Below are positions 29,828 through 40,356 of a DNA stretch of 64,000 nt, piece by piece; the stretch's first letter is position 1; each line of letters opens with the position of its first letter. The notes under the pieces were generated by a model that saw nothing but the letters and a program-made list of their open reading frames with translations, had not been told where the DNA came from and did not search any database. Source of the stretch: the human T2T-CHM13v2.0 reference genome, Homo sapiens; NCBI RefSeq assembly GCF_009914755.1, contig NC_060939.1. One strand, 5' to 3'. The translations under genes were made by a program, and so were the position numbers.

Positions 29828-32800
29828 ATGTCTGCACCTAAGAACACTAGGGTCTTGTCCGGCTCTTCTTATGAACGGTCCCCCAGCCCGGACTCCCCAA
29901 GATCCATGCTAGCCTCACCCAGCTTCTCCCTCTCCCCTCTCAGAAACTCAGACTTAAGAGGAAGCTCCTCACCAGGGATCCGGAGCTACCATTCACCATC
30001 CCCTAGGGCTTCACCACACTCACCTCTGTCATCACCAGTATCCCACAATCTCCCATTTCCCTGTCCTATCCGTGATGGGCAATCCATGAAGCCATTGGGC
30101 TCTCCGGTGTCCTCCTCTGAGGATTCTACAGAGTCACCACGTTCATCAGTAATATACCACATGTTCCTACTGCCATCACCCAGCAGCTCACCCCCAGCTC
30201 TCGGGGAGTCTCCTGGGTCTCCCAGCTACTCTCCAAACAACCCCAGATTTCAGCTGGAGTCAGCCCCCCACACCCAGGAATCACCTGCAAACTCACGAGC
30301 CTCACGGTGCTCCTCCCCTATGTCTTTCATCTCTTCACCCCCAGGCCTCAGGGACTCTCCTGTGGCTCCCAGTTACTCTCAAGCCATCCCCATGTTCCTG
30401 CGGGAGTCAGCCCCATGCACTCAGGAGTCCCCCAGAGACTCACAGGTCTCGGGAGAATATGAGCGGTCCCCCAGCCCTGACTCCTCAAGATTCATGCCTG
30501 CCTCACCCAGCATCTACCTCTCCCCTCCCAGGAACTCAGACCCAAGGGGCAGCTCCTCACAAGGGATGTGGAAGTACTCTACATCATCCCGCAGGGCTTC
30601 ACCACTCTCACATCCGTCATCGGCAGAATTCCACAACTTTACATTTCCCTTTCCTAACCAAGCAGGACAATCACTCATGTCATTGTGTTCTCCCGTGTCC
30701 TCCTCTGGAGATTCCTCACAGTCACCCCATTCATCAATAATATACCATGTGTTCTTACTGCCATCATCCAGCAGCTCACCCCCAGCCACCAATGACTCTC
30801 CTGTCTGTCCCAGCTACTCTCCAACTACGCCCAGATTTCAGCGGGCGTCGGTATCCAACACCCCAGAAACACCTACAAACTCACAGACCTCAGTGAGATC
30901 CTCGCCAGTCTCTCTCACGTCTTCACCCCCAGGCCTTACGGACCCTCCAGTCTCTCCCAGCTACTATCCAACCACGCGCACATTTCAGCGCGGGTCAGAT
31001 CCAGGAACCCAGGGATCACCACCAAGCCCACCACTTTCACTGTGTTACTCCCCAGTCTCAAGCACGTCTTTATCTCCAACCCTCAGGGACTCTCCTGTCT
31101 GTCCCAGCTATTCTCCAACCACGCCCACGTTTCAGCGGGAGTCCGTTGCAGGCACCCAGCAATCACCAGCAAACTCACCAATTTCACTCAATTACTCTCC
31201 AGTCTCTCTCATGTCTTCACCAGCCCTCAGGGACTCTCCCATCTGTCCCAGCTACTCTCCAACCACGCCCAGATTTCAGCTGGAAGCAGTTCCTTGCACC
31301 CAGGAATCACCACCAAACTCACCAATTTCACTCAATTACTTCCCAGTCTCTCTCATGTCTTCACCATCCCTCAGGGACTCTCCCGTCTGTCTCAGCTACT
31401 CTCCAACCACGCCCACATTTCAGCTGGAGTACCTTCGAGGCACCCCGGAGTCACCACCAAACTCACCAATTTCACTCAATTACTCTCCAGTCTCTCTCAT
31501 GTCTTCACCAGCCCTCAGGGACTCTCCCGACTGTCCCAGCTACTCTCCAACAACGCCCAGATTTCAGCTGGAAGCAGTTCCTTGCTCCCCGGAATCAACA
31601 CCAAACTCACCAATTTCACTCAATTACTCTCCAGTCTCTCTCATGTCTTCACCAGCCATCAGGGACTCTCCCGTCTGTCCCAGCTACTCTCCAACCACGC
31701 CCACATTTCAGCTGGAGTCCGTTCGAGGCACCCCGGAGTCACCACCAAACTCACCAATTTCACTCAATTACACTCCAGTCTCTCTCATGTCTTCACCAGC
31801 CGTCAGGGACTCTCCCGTCTGTCCCAGCTACTCTCCAAAGACGCCCACATTTCAGCTGGAGTCTGTTCCAGGCACCCTGGAGTCACCACCAAACTCACCA
31901 ATTTCACTCAATTACACTCCAGTCTCTCTCATGTCTTCACCAGCCCTCAGGGACTCTACTGTCTGTCCCAGCTACTCTCCAACCACGCCCAGATTTCAGC
32001 TGGAAGCAGTTCCTTGCACCCCAGAATCACCACCAAACTCACCAATTTCACTCAATTACTCTCTAGTCTCTCTCATGTCTTCACCAGCCCTCAGGGACCC
32101 TCCTGTCTGTCCCAGCTACTCTCCAACCACCCCCAGATTTCAGCTGGAGTCAGTTCCAGGCACCCCGGAGTCACCACCAAACTCACCAGTTTCACTGAGT
32201 TACTCCCCGGTCTCTCTCATGTCTTCACCGCCAGCCCTCAGGGACTCTCCTGTGTGTCCCAGCTACTCTCCAACCACGCCCACATTTCAGCTGGAGTCAG
32301 TTCCAGGCACCCCGGAGTCACCACCAAACTCACCAATTTCACTCAATTACTCTCCAGTCTCTCTCATGTCTTCACCAGCCCTCAGGGACTCTCCTGTCTG
32401 TCCCAGCTACTCTCCAACCACGCCCAGATTTCAGCTGGAAGCAGTTCCTTGCACCCCAGAATCACCTCCAAACTCACCAATTTCACTCAATTACTCTCTA
32501 GTCTCTCTCATGTCTTCACCAGTCCTCAGGGACCCTCCTGTCTGTCCCAGCTACTCTCCAACCACACCCAGATTTCAGTTGGAGTCAGTTCCAGGCACCG
32601 CGGAGTCACCACCAAACTCACCAGTTTCACTGAGTTACTCCCCGTTCTCTCTCATGTCTTCACCGCCAGCCCTCAGGGACTCTCCTGTTTGTCCCCGCTA
32701 CTCTCCAACCACGCCCACATTCCAGCTGGAGTCACTTGCAGGCACCCAGGAATTACCTACAAACTCAGCAGTTTCACTGAGTTACTCCCCAGTCTCTCTC

Positions 32801-33670
32801 ATGTCTTCACCCCCAGCCCCCTGGGACTCTCCTGTCTGTCCCAGCTCCTCTCCCAACACGCCCAGATTTCAGAGGGAGTCAGCCTCCCACACTCCGGAAT
32901 CACCTACAGACTCACAGACTTCACGGAGGTCCTCCCTGGTCTCTCTCAGGTCTTTGCCCTCAGCCCACAGGGACTCTTGTGTCTCTCTCAGCTACTCTCC
33001 AGCCATCTCCACATCACACCTGGGGTCAGCTTCCCACACCCAGGAATCACCTACAAACTCACGGACCTTACTGCAACCCTCCCCCATTTCTTTCACCTCT
33101 TCACCCCCTGCTTTCAGGGACTCTCCTGTGTCTCCCAGCTTCTCTCCAGCCTTCCCCAGATTTCTGTCACACTCAGCCCCAGGCACCCAGGGTTACCCTG
33201 GACACTCACAGGCCTCACGAGACTATTTCCCAATGACTTGTATCTATAGAGGGATGGCTCCCATACTTCCCTCAGTGACCTCAAACCCATCTCCACTTAC
33301 ACTCAGACACTCCCAGGGCCTGACAGCTACTCCCCGTTATTGTCCTTCAGCTCGAAGTCCTGGCCCATCTACTAGCCAACATGATGCAGCTACCTGGCCA
33401 TGTCTCCACATTTCTGGGGAGGGCCCCACACCCAGCCGCAGAAGAGCCCCTCCTGCATTCCGTCCTCACACACAGGCCTGTCCATCCACTTGCTACTGTC
33501 ACACTCTTGCCAGCAGAAGAGGCCCCTGTAATGGCCGATATCACCGCCCAGTCTATCCTCACCCCACAGCTGTGCAGCGGGACCCTCCTGCTGGCCCACG
33601 TGGCTGCCACAGCCCATGCTGGCACGACGCTCCAGCATGTCGGCGTCCCTGCGGGCCACGCTACCGCTGA
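29828..33670 (+). CDS. Putative CTD-like repeat protein, copy 4 (1280 aa, intact)
   Basis: Open frame; lacks one 49-aa degenerate monomer near 32980. Confidence 0.55.
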   Translation: MSAPKNTRVLSGSSYERSPSPDSPRSMLASPSFSLSPLRNSDLRGSSSPGIRSYHSPSPRASPHSPLSSPVSHNLPFPCPIRDGQSMKPLGSPVSSSEDSTESPRSSVIYHMFLLPSPSSSPPALGESPGSPSYSPNNPRFQLESAPHTQESPANSRASRCSSPMSFISSPPGLRDSPVAPSYSQAIPMFLRESAPCTQESPRDSQVSGEYERSPSPDSSRFMPASPSIYLSPPRNSDPRGSSSQGMWKYSTSSRRASPLSHPSSAEFHNFTFPFPNQAGQSLMSLCSPVSSSGDSSQSPHSSIIYHVFLLPSSSSSPPATNDSPVCPSYSPTTPRFQRASVSNTPETPTNSQTSVRSSPVSLTSSPPGLTDPPVSPSYYPTTRTFQRGSDPGTQGSPPSPPLSLCYSPVSSTSLSPTLRDSPVCPSYSPTTPTFQRESVAGTQQSPANSPISLNYSPVSLMSSPALRDSPICPSYSPTTPRFQLEAVPCTQESPPNSPISLNYFPVSLMSSPSLRDSPVCLSYSPTTPTFQLEYLRGTPESPPNSPISLNYSPVSLMSSPALRDSPDCPSYSPTTPRFQLEAVPCSPESTPNSPISLNYSPVSLMSSPAIRDSPVCPSYSPTTPTFQLESVRGTPESPPNSPISLNYTPVSLMSSPAVRDSPVCPSYSPKTPTFQLESVPGTLESPPNSPISLNYTPVSLMSSPALRDSTVCPSYSPTTPRFQLEAVPCTPESPPNSPISLNYSLVSLMSSPALRDPPVCPSYSPTTPRFQLESVPGTPESPPNSPVSLSYSPVSLMSSPPALRDSPVCPSYSPTTPTFQLESVPGTPESPPNSPISLNYSPVSLMSSPALRDSPVCPSYSPTTPRFQLEAVPCTPESPPNSPISLNYSLVSLMSSPVLRDPPVCPSYSPTTPRFQLESVPGTAESPPNSPVSLSYSPFSLMSSPPALRDSPVCPRYSPTTPTFQLESLAGTQELPTNSAVSLSYSPVSLMSSPPAPWDSPVCPSSSPNTPRFQRESASHTPESPTDSQTSRRSSLVSLRSLPSAHRDSCVSLSYSPAISTSHLGSASHTQESPTNSRTLLQPSPISFTSSPPAFRDSPVSPSFSPAFPRFLSHSAPGTQGYPGHSQASRDYFPMTCIYRGMAPILPSVTSNPSPLTLRHSQGLTATPRYCPSARSPGPSTSQHDAATWPCLHISGEGPTPSRRRAPPAFRPHTQACPSTCYCHTLASRRGPCNGRYHRPVYPHPTAVQRDPPAGPRGCHSPCWHDAPACRRPCGPRYR

Positions 33671-36562
33671 CATGGCTAGCATCACCCTCCTTCCTGGCAG
33701 TGACACTGCTGATTTGAACCCCAGTTTCACAGCTGTCATTTGTAAATAGGACCATTTTCCCTTTTCTCTCTCCCTTCCATTCACAGGGCTTCTCATTCCC
33801 TCTGTTTCTGCCTCCGTTTCAGAGATTTACTCACCTTTTTCTCTCTCACTATGTCTGCCGTGGTCTCCATAAGAGTGTGCCACATAAAATTGCCCCATTA
33901 AAAGTCATGAATTGAGTGGATTTTAGTATACCTGTGGTTGTGCACATTCAATTTTAATTCGCAATCCATTTTAGAAGGTTTTATCACCCCCGACCAGAGA
34001 AACACCCTGTGGACATTAGTCACTCCTCATTCTGTCTCAAACCCTCTCCCTGACCCTCAGCCCTAGGTAACAACTGCATAGAGCGATCAACCCCATATGC
34101 ATAGATTTCCATATTGTGGACAGTTCCTATAAACGGAATTGCACAATACGTGAGCTTTTGTGACTGACATAACACTTTTAGCACAATATTTTCAAGATTC
34201 ATCCACATTGCAGCCTTACCCACAGGGGGAAACCGCATTTTGTGGTTTCAGTAACACCGGGTGTTTTCTCCTTCCTTCCGTCTCTCCTTCCTTCCTTCCT
34301 TCCTTCCTTCCTCCCTTCCTTCCTCCCTTCCTCCCATTTCTCTCTTATTCCTTCTGCCCTCTCTCTTTCATATGCCTTAGGTGCATCCTACGTCCTGCGT
34401 CTTTTTGGGGAATCCTCGACAGGTGCTGGAAAACTGTGTTATTGTAATTATTTACCGGTATCTCTCTTTCATGGTTCTCCATCAGTTGTAAGCATCTATT
34501 GGTTTATCCCAGGTCACTAAGTATATTTTAATTAGCTACACCTGTTTTTCTTTATACACCTGTTTCTGGAGTATAGGGTCGCATACTCATAAACCCAGTG
34601 TAACTCAGAAACGCATCTAATATTCCAATAGACCCATCATAACGTTGAAAAATCATAAATCAAACCAACTTAAGTCACGATTTGTCGCTGGATATGGGCT
34701 CCATCAATTCCATTGTATTCAATAATGCTGTACACCATTAACAATGGCAGACTGATTGGGCGTGGATGTGGATAACATTATAAAAATCAGTTATTAGAGG
34801 GATACTTTAACCTGACGGAAGAGCTGATCTAATGGTATTAGTACAGTGATGATTATGTGAGATGTTTTGAGACAGAGTAGTACATTTGTGTATGAGATTC
34901 TGTGGCTTTTTTCACTTAGTAGGAACCTTTGTGTGTGGAAAACTGAGAAAATTGCTTTGTGCTGTAGAGTCTGGCATTCGTTGTAGATTAAAGCTTATTT
35001 TTCTGGAAGTAAATCTTATTCAATAAAATACTACTCTTTATAATAAAAAACAAAGACACTGGTGATGTGAAGTCATTATCCTCAGCAAACTAATCCAGGA
35101 ACAGAAAACCAAACGCCACATTCTCACTTATAATGGGAGCTGAAAAATGGGATCATGTGGACACAGGAAGGGGAACAACACACACTGGGGCCTTTCGGGA
35201 GGCAGAGCGTTAAGAAAAACAGCTACCGCATGCTGGGCTTAATACCTAGGTGATGGGTTGACAGGTGCAGCAAACCACCGTGGCACACGTTTACCTTAGT
35301 AACAAATCTGCACAGCCTGCCCATATATTGCAGAACTTAGAAACGAAACGAAAGCAAAGAAAACGAGAAAGCGATAGCAAAACGCTAACTGCGAAACAGA
35401 GTTTCAAACTGAGAAAGTGAGAGACCAATGTTTGGTTCAAATCATGGTTCTCAACCCAGGTGCCATAAGGTCAGGATAAAGAATTTGATGACGTATTGTA
35501 AATAAGACATGCAGCGGAGGACCAGAAAAATCGTTCTCAACATACGTGTGGCTTCGAGTTCAACGGTGACACTATGTACAGTGACATAGCATTAGATTCC
35601 AAAGGGCCGAGTCCCGCAAGACTGGCCTCCCACACTAATAATAATGGGAAGCGCTACGTTGCTTTACCTGTGCTTCTCAGCAACTGGCTATAAATCAGGT
35701 TTCCACCACTCCCAGTTTTAGTTGCATTCATTTGCTGGAAGAGCTCACAGCACGCAGGGAAACACTGACATTTCCCATTTTTTGTATTTTAGCAGATATT
35801 GCAAAAACTTCAGAAAAAACTTTTGGGCCCGGCATGTGGGGAGGGGCTCACTGCCTTCCAGGAAGTGTTATCCAGAAGCTCTCTAAACCCAGTCCTTTTG
35901 GGTTTTTATGGAGACCTCATTCTATAGGCATGATGGGTTAAACCATAGGCTATTGGTGATCAACTCAACCTGGGGCTCTCAACCCTCCCTGGAAATTGGG
36001 GTTGAGGCTTTGCCATTCTCAGTCTGAGTAAAAGAATTTACGCAAACGGAATTTTAAAACAGATTAGCATATCTGGAAACTTAACTAGATGACGGAATTA
36101 TCTGGAGCCACACCTTGATATTCCTAACCCGAGCACCCTCATCCAACGAATGCTCCACCCAACTGGCTCCCAAGTCTCTACGGGGTTCCAGAGCAAAAGA
36201 ATGTTTATACAACGCATATCTCCACCTTTTCTTCAAAGTCTTTTCGCTTACACGGAAAGACTTCTTCAACTGCCATGCATCAGGGTCAGGGGGAGGTCTT
36301 GTTACAACACAGATCTGCGGATCTCCGGGGTTTGATTGTGGCAAGGATGCTGCTGGTGTCAAAACCACAACGTGGGAACCACAGAACCACTAGTTGGTTT
36401 TCAGTGTTTCAGTGCATACAATTCCTAATATATCTGGCCAAGAAAACTTGTAAGTTCTTAGATTGTCCCAAAGGTGGCGCATGAAATCAAATCAGGAGAA
36501 CAGTTTCCTACGAGGTGTAGCCTGGGAACCTTGGGGGTGACTGATGGAAAGGAGGAGTGAAG

Positions 36563-36633
36563 CTCCGCCCTTTCCGCTGCGAGGCTGCGCCCGAGGCTAT
36601 TTAAACCCACCCTGGCTGGCCTGTACTCAGATC
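36563..36633 (+). promoter_or_regulatory. Putative core promoter, copy 5
   Basis: GC box, TATTTAAA at 36598, Inr. Confidence 0.7.
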
Positions 36634-36948
36634 TTCGCAGAGCGGAGCAGCGGCCGGAGCGTTTGGCGGACTCTGCGTGGACTTGGAGCTCACAGCGTCT
36701 TGCGACTTGGAAGCGGATTCAGAGGACAGGACAGAACACTTGGGCAAGTGAATCTCTGTCTGTCTGTCTGTCTCATTGGTTGGTTTATTTCCATTTTCTT
36801 AAGGAGCACATACCTCACACCACACACACACAAACACACACACACACACGCACGCACGCACGCACACACACACGCACACACACACACTAATTCATTCTGC
36901 GGGTTAGGAAATTAGTAGGGGTCTCTGGGAGCTGCAGGTTTCCTAATC

Positions 36949-39900
36949 ATGTCTGCACCTAAGAACACTAGGGTCTTGTCTGGCTCTTCTTATGAACGGT
37001 CCCCCAGCCCGGACTCCCCAAGATCCATGCTAGCCTCACCCAGCTTCTCCCTCTCCCCTCTCAGAAACTCAGACTTAAGAGGAAGCTCCTCACCAGGGAT
37101 CCGGAGCTACCATTCACCATCCCCTAGGGCTTCACCACACTCACCTCTGTCATCACCAGTATCCCACAATCTCCCATTTGCCTGTCCTCTCCGTGATGGG
37201 CAATCAATGAAGCCATTGGGCTCTCCCGTGTCCTCCTCTGAGGATTCTTCAGAGTCACCACGTTTATCAGTAATATACCACATGTTCCTACTGCCATCAC
37301 CCAGCAGCTCACCCCCAGCTGCTTGGGAGTCTCCTGGGTCTCCCAGCTACTCTCCAAACAACCCCAGATTTCAGCTGGAGTCAGCCCCCCACACCCAGGA
37401 ATCACCTGCAAACTCACGAGCCTCACGGTGCTCCTCCCCTATGTCTTTCATCTCTTCACCCCCAGGCCTCAGGGACTCTCCTGTGGCTCCCAGTTACTCT
37501 CAAGCCATCCCCATGTTCCTGCGGGAGTCAGCCCCATGCACTCAGGAGTCCCCCAGAGACTCACAGGTCTCGGGAGAATATGAGCGGTCCCCCAGCCCTG
37601 ACTCCTCAAGATTCATGCCTGCCTCACCCAGCATCTACCTCTCCCCTCCCAGGAACTCAGACCCAAGGGGCAGCTCCTCACAAGGGATGTGGAAGTACTC
37701 TACATCATCCCGCAGGGCTTCACCACTCTCACATCCGTCATCGGCAGAATTCCACAACTTTACATTTCCCTTTCCTAACCAAGCAGGACAATCACTCATG
37801 TCATTGTGTTCTCCCGTGTCCTCCTCTGGAGATTCCTCACAGTCACCCCATTCATCAATAATATACCATGTGTTCTTACTGCCATCATCCAGCAGCTCAC
37901 CCCCAGCCACCAATGACTCTCCTGTCTGTCCCAGCTACTCTCCAACTACGCCCAGATTTCAGCGGGCGTCGGTATCCAACACCCCAGAAACACCTACAAA
38001 CTCACAGACCTCAGTGAGATCCTCGCCAGTCTCTCTCACGTCTTCACCCCCAGGCCTTACGGACCCTCCAGTCTCTCCCAGCTACTATCCAACCACGCGC
38101 ACATTTCAGCGCGGGTCAGATCCAGGAACCCAGGGATCACCAGCAAGCCCACCACTTTCACTGTGTTACTCCCCAGTCTCAAGCACGTCTTTATCTCCAA
38201 CCCTCAGGGACTCTCCTGTCTGTCCCAGCTATTCTCCAACCACGCCCACGTTTCAGCGGGAGTCCGTTGCAGGCACCCAGCAATCACCAGCAAACTCACC
38301 AATTTCACTGCGTTACTCCCCAGTCTCTCTCATGTCTTCACCAGCCCTGAGGGACTCTCCCGTCTGTCCCAGCTACTCTCCAACAACACCCACATTTCAG
38401 CTGGAGTCCGTTCGAGGCACCCCGGAGTCACCACCAAACTCACCAATTACACTCAATTACTCTCCAGTCTCTCTCATGTCTTCACCAGCCCTCAGGGACT
38501 ATCACGTCTGTCCCAGCTACTCTCCAACCACCCCCAGATTTCAGCTGGAAGCAGTTCCTTGCTCCCCGGAATCAACACCAAACTCACCAATTTCACTCAA
38601 TTACTCTCCAGTCTCTCTCATGTCTTCACCAGCCCCCAGGGACTCTCCCATCTGTCCCAGCTACTCTCCAACCACGCCCAGATTTCAGCTGGAAGCAGTT
38701 CCTTGCACCCAGGAATCACCACCAAACTCACCAATTTCACTCAATTACTCCCCAGTCTCTCTCATGTCTTCACCATCCCTCAGGGACTCTCCCGTCTGTC
38801 TCAGCTACTCTCCAACCACGCCCACATTTCAGCTGGAGAACCTTCGAGGCACCCCGGAGTCACCACCAAACTCACCAATTTCACTCAATTACTCTCCAGT
38901 CTCTCTCATGTCTTCACCAGCCCTCAGGGACTCTCCCGACTGTCCCAGCTACTCTCCAACAACGCCCAGATTTCAGCTGGAAGCAGTTCCTTGCTCCCGA
39001 GAATCAACACCAAACTCACCAATTTCACTCAATTACTCTCCAGTCTCTCTCATGTCTTCACCAGCCATCAGGGACTCTCCCGTCTGTCCCAGCTACTCTC
39101 CAAAGACGCCCACATTTCAGCTGGAGTCTGTTCCAGGCACCCTGGAGTCACCACCAAACTCACCAATTTCACTCAATTACTCTCCAGTCTCTCTCATGTC
39201 TTCACCAGCCCTCAGGGACCCTCCTGTCTGTCCCAGCTACTCTCCAACCACCCCCAGATTTCAGCTGGAGTCAGTTCCAGGCACCCTGGAGTCACCACCA
39301 AACTCACCAGTTTCGCTGAGTTACTCCCCGGTCTCTCTCATGTCTTCACCGACAGCCCTCAGGGACTCTCCTGTGTGTCCCAGCTCCTCTCCCAACACGC
39401 CCAGATTTCAGAGGGAGTCAGCCTCCCACACTCCGGAATCACCTACAGACTCACAGACTTCACGGAGGTCCTCCCTGGTCTCTCTCAGGTCTTTGCCCTC
39501 AGCCCACAGGGACTCTTGTGTCTCTTTCAGCTACTCTCGAAACTTCTCTAGATTCCAGCTGGACTCAGTTCCAGGCACCCACGACACACCACCAAACTCA
39601 CGAATTTCACTGACTTACTCCCCAGTCTCTCTCATATTCTCACCCCCAGCCCTCAGGGACTCTTCTGTCTCTCTCAGGTACTCTCCAGCCATCTCCACAT
39701 CACACCTGGGGTCAGCTTCCCACACCCAGGAATCACCTACAAACTCACGGACCTTACTGCAACCCTCCCCCATTTCTTTCACCTCTTCACCCCCTGCTTT
39801 CAGGGACTCTCCTGTGTCTCCCAGCTTCTCTCCAGCCTTCCCCAGATTTCTGCCACAGTCAGCCCCAGGCACCCAGGGTTACCCTGGACACTCACAGGCC

Positions 39901-40356
39901 TCACGAGACTATTTCCCAATGACTTGTATCTATAGAGGGATGGCTCCCATACTTCCCTCGGTGACCTCAAACCCATCTCCACTTACACTCAGACACTCCC
40001 AGGGCCTGACAGCTACTCCCCGTTATTGTCCTTCAGCTCGAAGCCCTGGCCCATCTACTAGCCAACATGATGCAGCTACCTGGCCATGTCTCCACATTTC
40101 TGGGGAGGGCCCCACACCCAGCCGCAGAAGAGCCCCTCCTGCATTCCGTCCTCACACACAGGCCTGTCCATCCACTTGCTACTGTCACACTCTTGCCAGC
40201 AGAAGAGGCCCCTGTAATGGCCGATATCACCGCCCAGTCTATCCTCACCCCACAGCTGTGCAGCGGGACCCTCCTGCTGGCCCACGTGGCTGCCACAGCC
40301 CATGCTGGCACGACGCTCCAGCATGTCGGCGTCCCTGCGGGCCACGCTACCGCTGA
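36949..40356 (+). CDS. Putative CTD-like repeat protein, copy 5 (1135 aa, intact)
   Basis: Open frame with the same termini as the other type-B copies. Confidence 0.55.
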   Translation: MSAPKNTRVLSGSSYERSPSPDSPRSMLASPSFSLSPLRNSDLRGSSSPGIRSYHSPSPRASPHSPLSSPVSHNLPFACPLRDGQSMKPLGSPVSSSEDSSESPRLSVIYHMFLLPSPSSSPPAAWESPGSPSYSPNNPRFQLESAPHTQESPANSRASRCSSPMSFISSPPGLRDSPVAPSYSQAIPMFLRESAPCTQESPRDSQVSGEYERSPSPDSSRFMPASPSIYLSPPRNSDPRGSSSQGMWKYSTSSRRASPLSHPSSAEFHNFTFPFPNQAGQSLMSLCSPVSSSGDSSQSPHSSIIYHVFLLPSSSSSPPATNDSPVCPSYSPTTPRFQRASVSNTPETPTNSQTSVRSSPVSLTSSPPGLTDPPVSPSYYPTTRTFQRGSDPGTQGSPASPPLSLCYSPVSSTSLSPTLRDSPVCPSYSPTTPTFQRESVAGTQQSPANSPISLRYSPVSLMSSPALRDSPVCPSYSPTTPTFQLESVRGTPESPPNSPITLNYSPVSLMSSPALRDYHVCPSYSPTTPRFQLEAVPCSPESTPNSPISLNYSPVSLMSSPAPRDSPICPSYSPTTPRFQLEAVPCTQESPPNSPISLNYSPVSLMSSPSLRDSPVCLSYSPTTPTFQLENLRGTPESPPNSPISLNYSPVSLMSSPALRDSPDCPSYSPTTPRFQLEAVPCSRESTPNSPISLNYSPVSLMSSPAIRDSPVCPSYSPKTPTFQLESVPGTLESPPNSPISLNYSPVSLMSSPALRDPPVCPSYSPTTPRFQLESVPGTLESPPNSPVSLSYSPVSLMSSPTALRDSPVCPSSSPNTPRFQRESASHTPESPTDSQTSRRSSLVSLRSLPSAHRDSCVSFSYSRNFSRFQLDSVPGTHDTPPNSRISLTYSPVSLIFSPPALRDSSVSLRYSPAISTSHLGSASHTQESPTNSRTLLQPSPISFTSSPPAFRDSPVSPSFSPAFPRFLPQSAPGTQGYPGHSQASRDYFPMTCIYRGMAPILPSVTSNPSPLTLRHSQGLTATPRYCPSARSPGPSTSQHDAATWPCLHISGEGPTPSRRRAPPAFRPHTQACPSTCYCHTLASRRGPCNGRYHRPVYPHPTAVQRDPPAGPRGCHSPCWHDAPACRRPCGPRYR

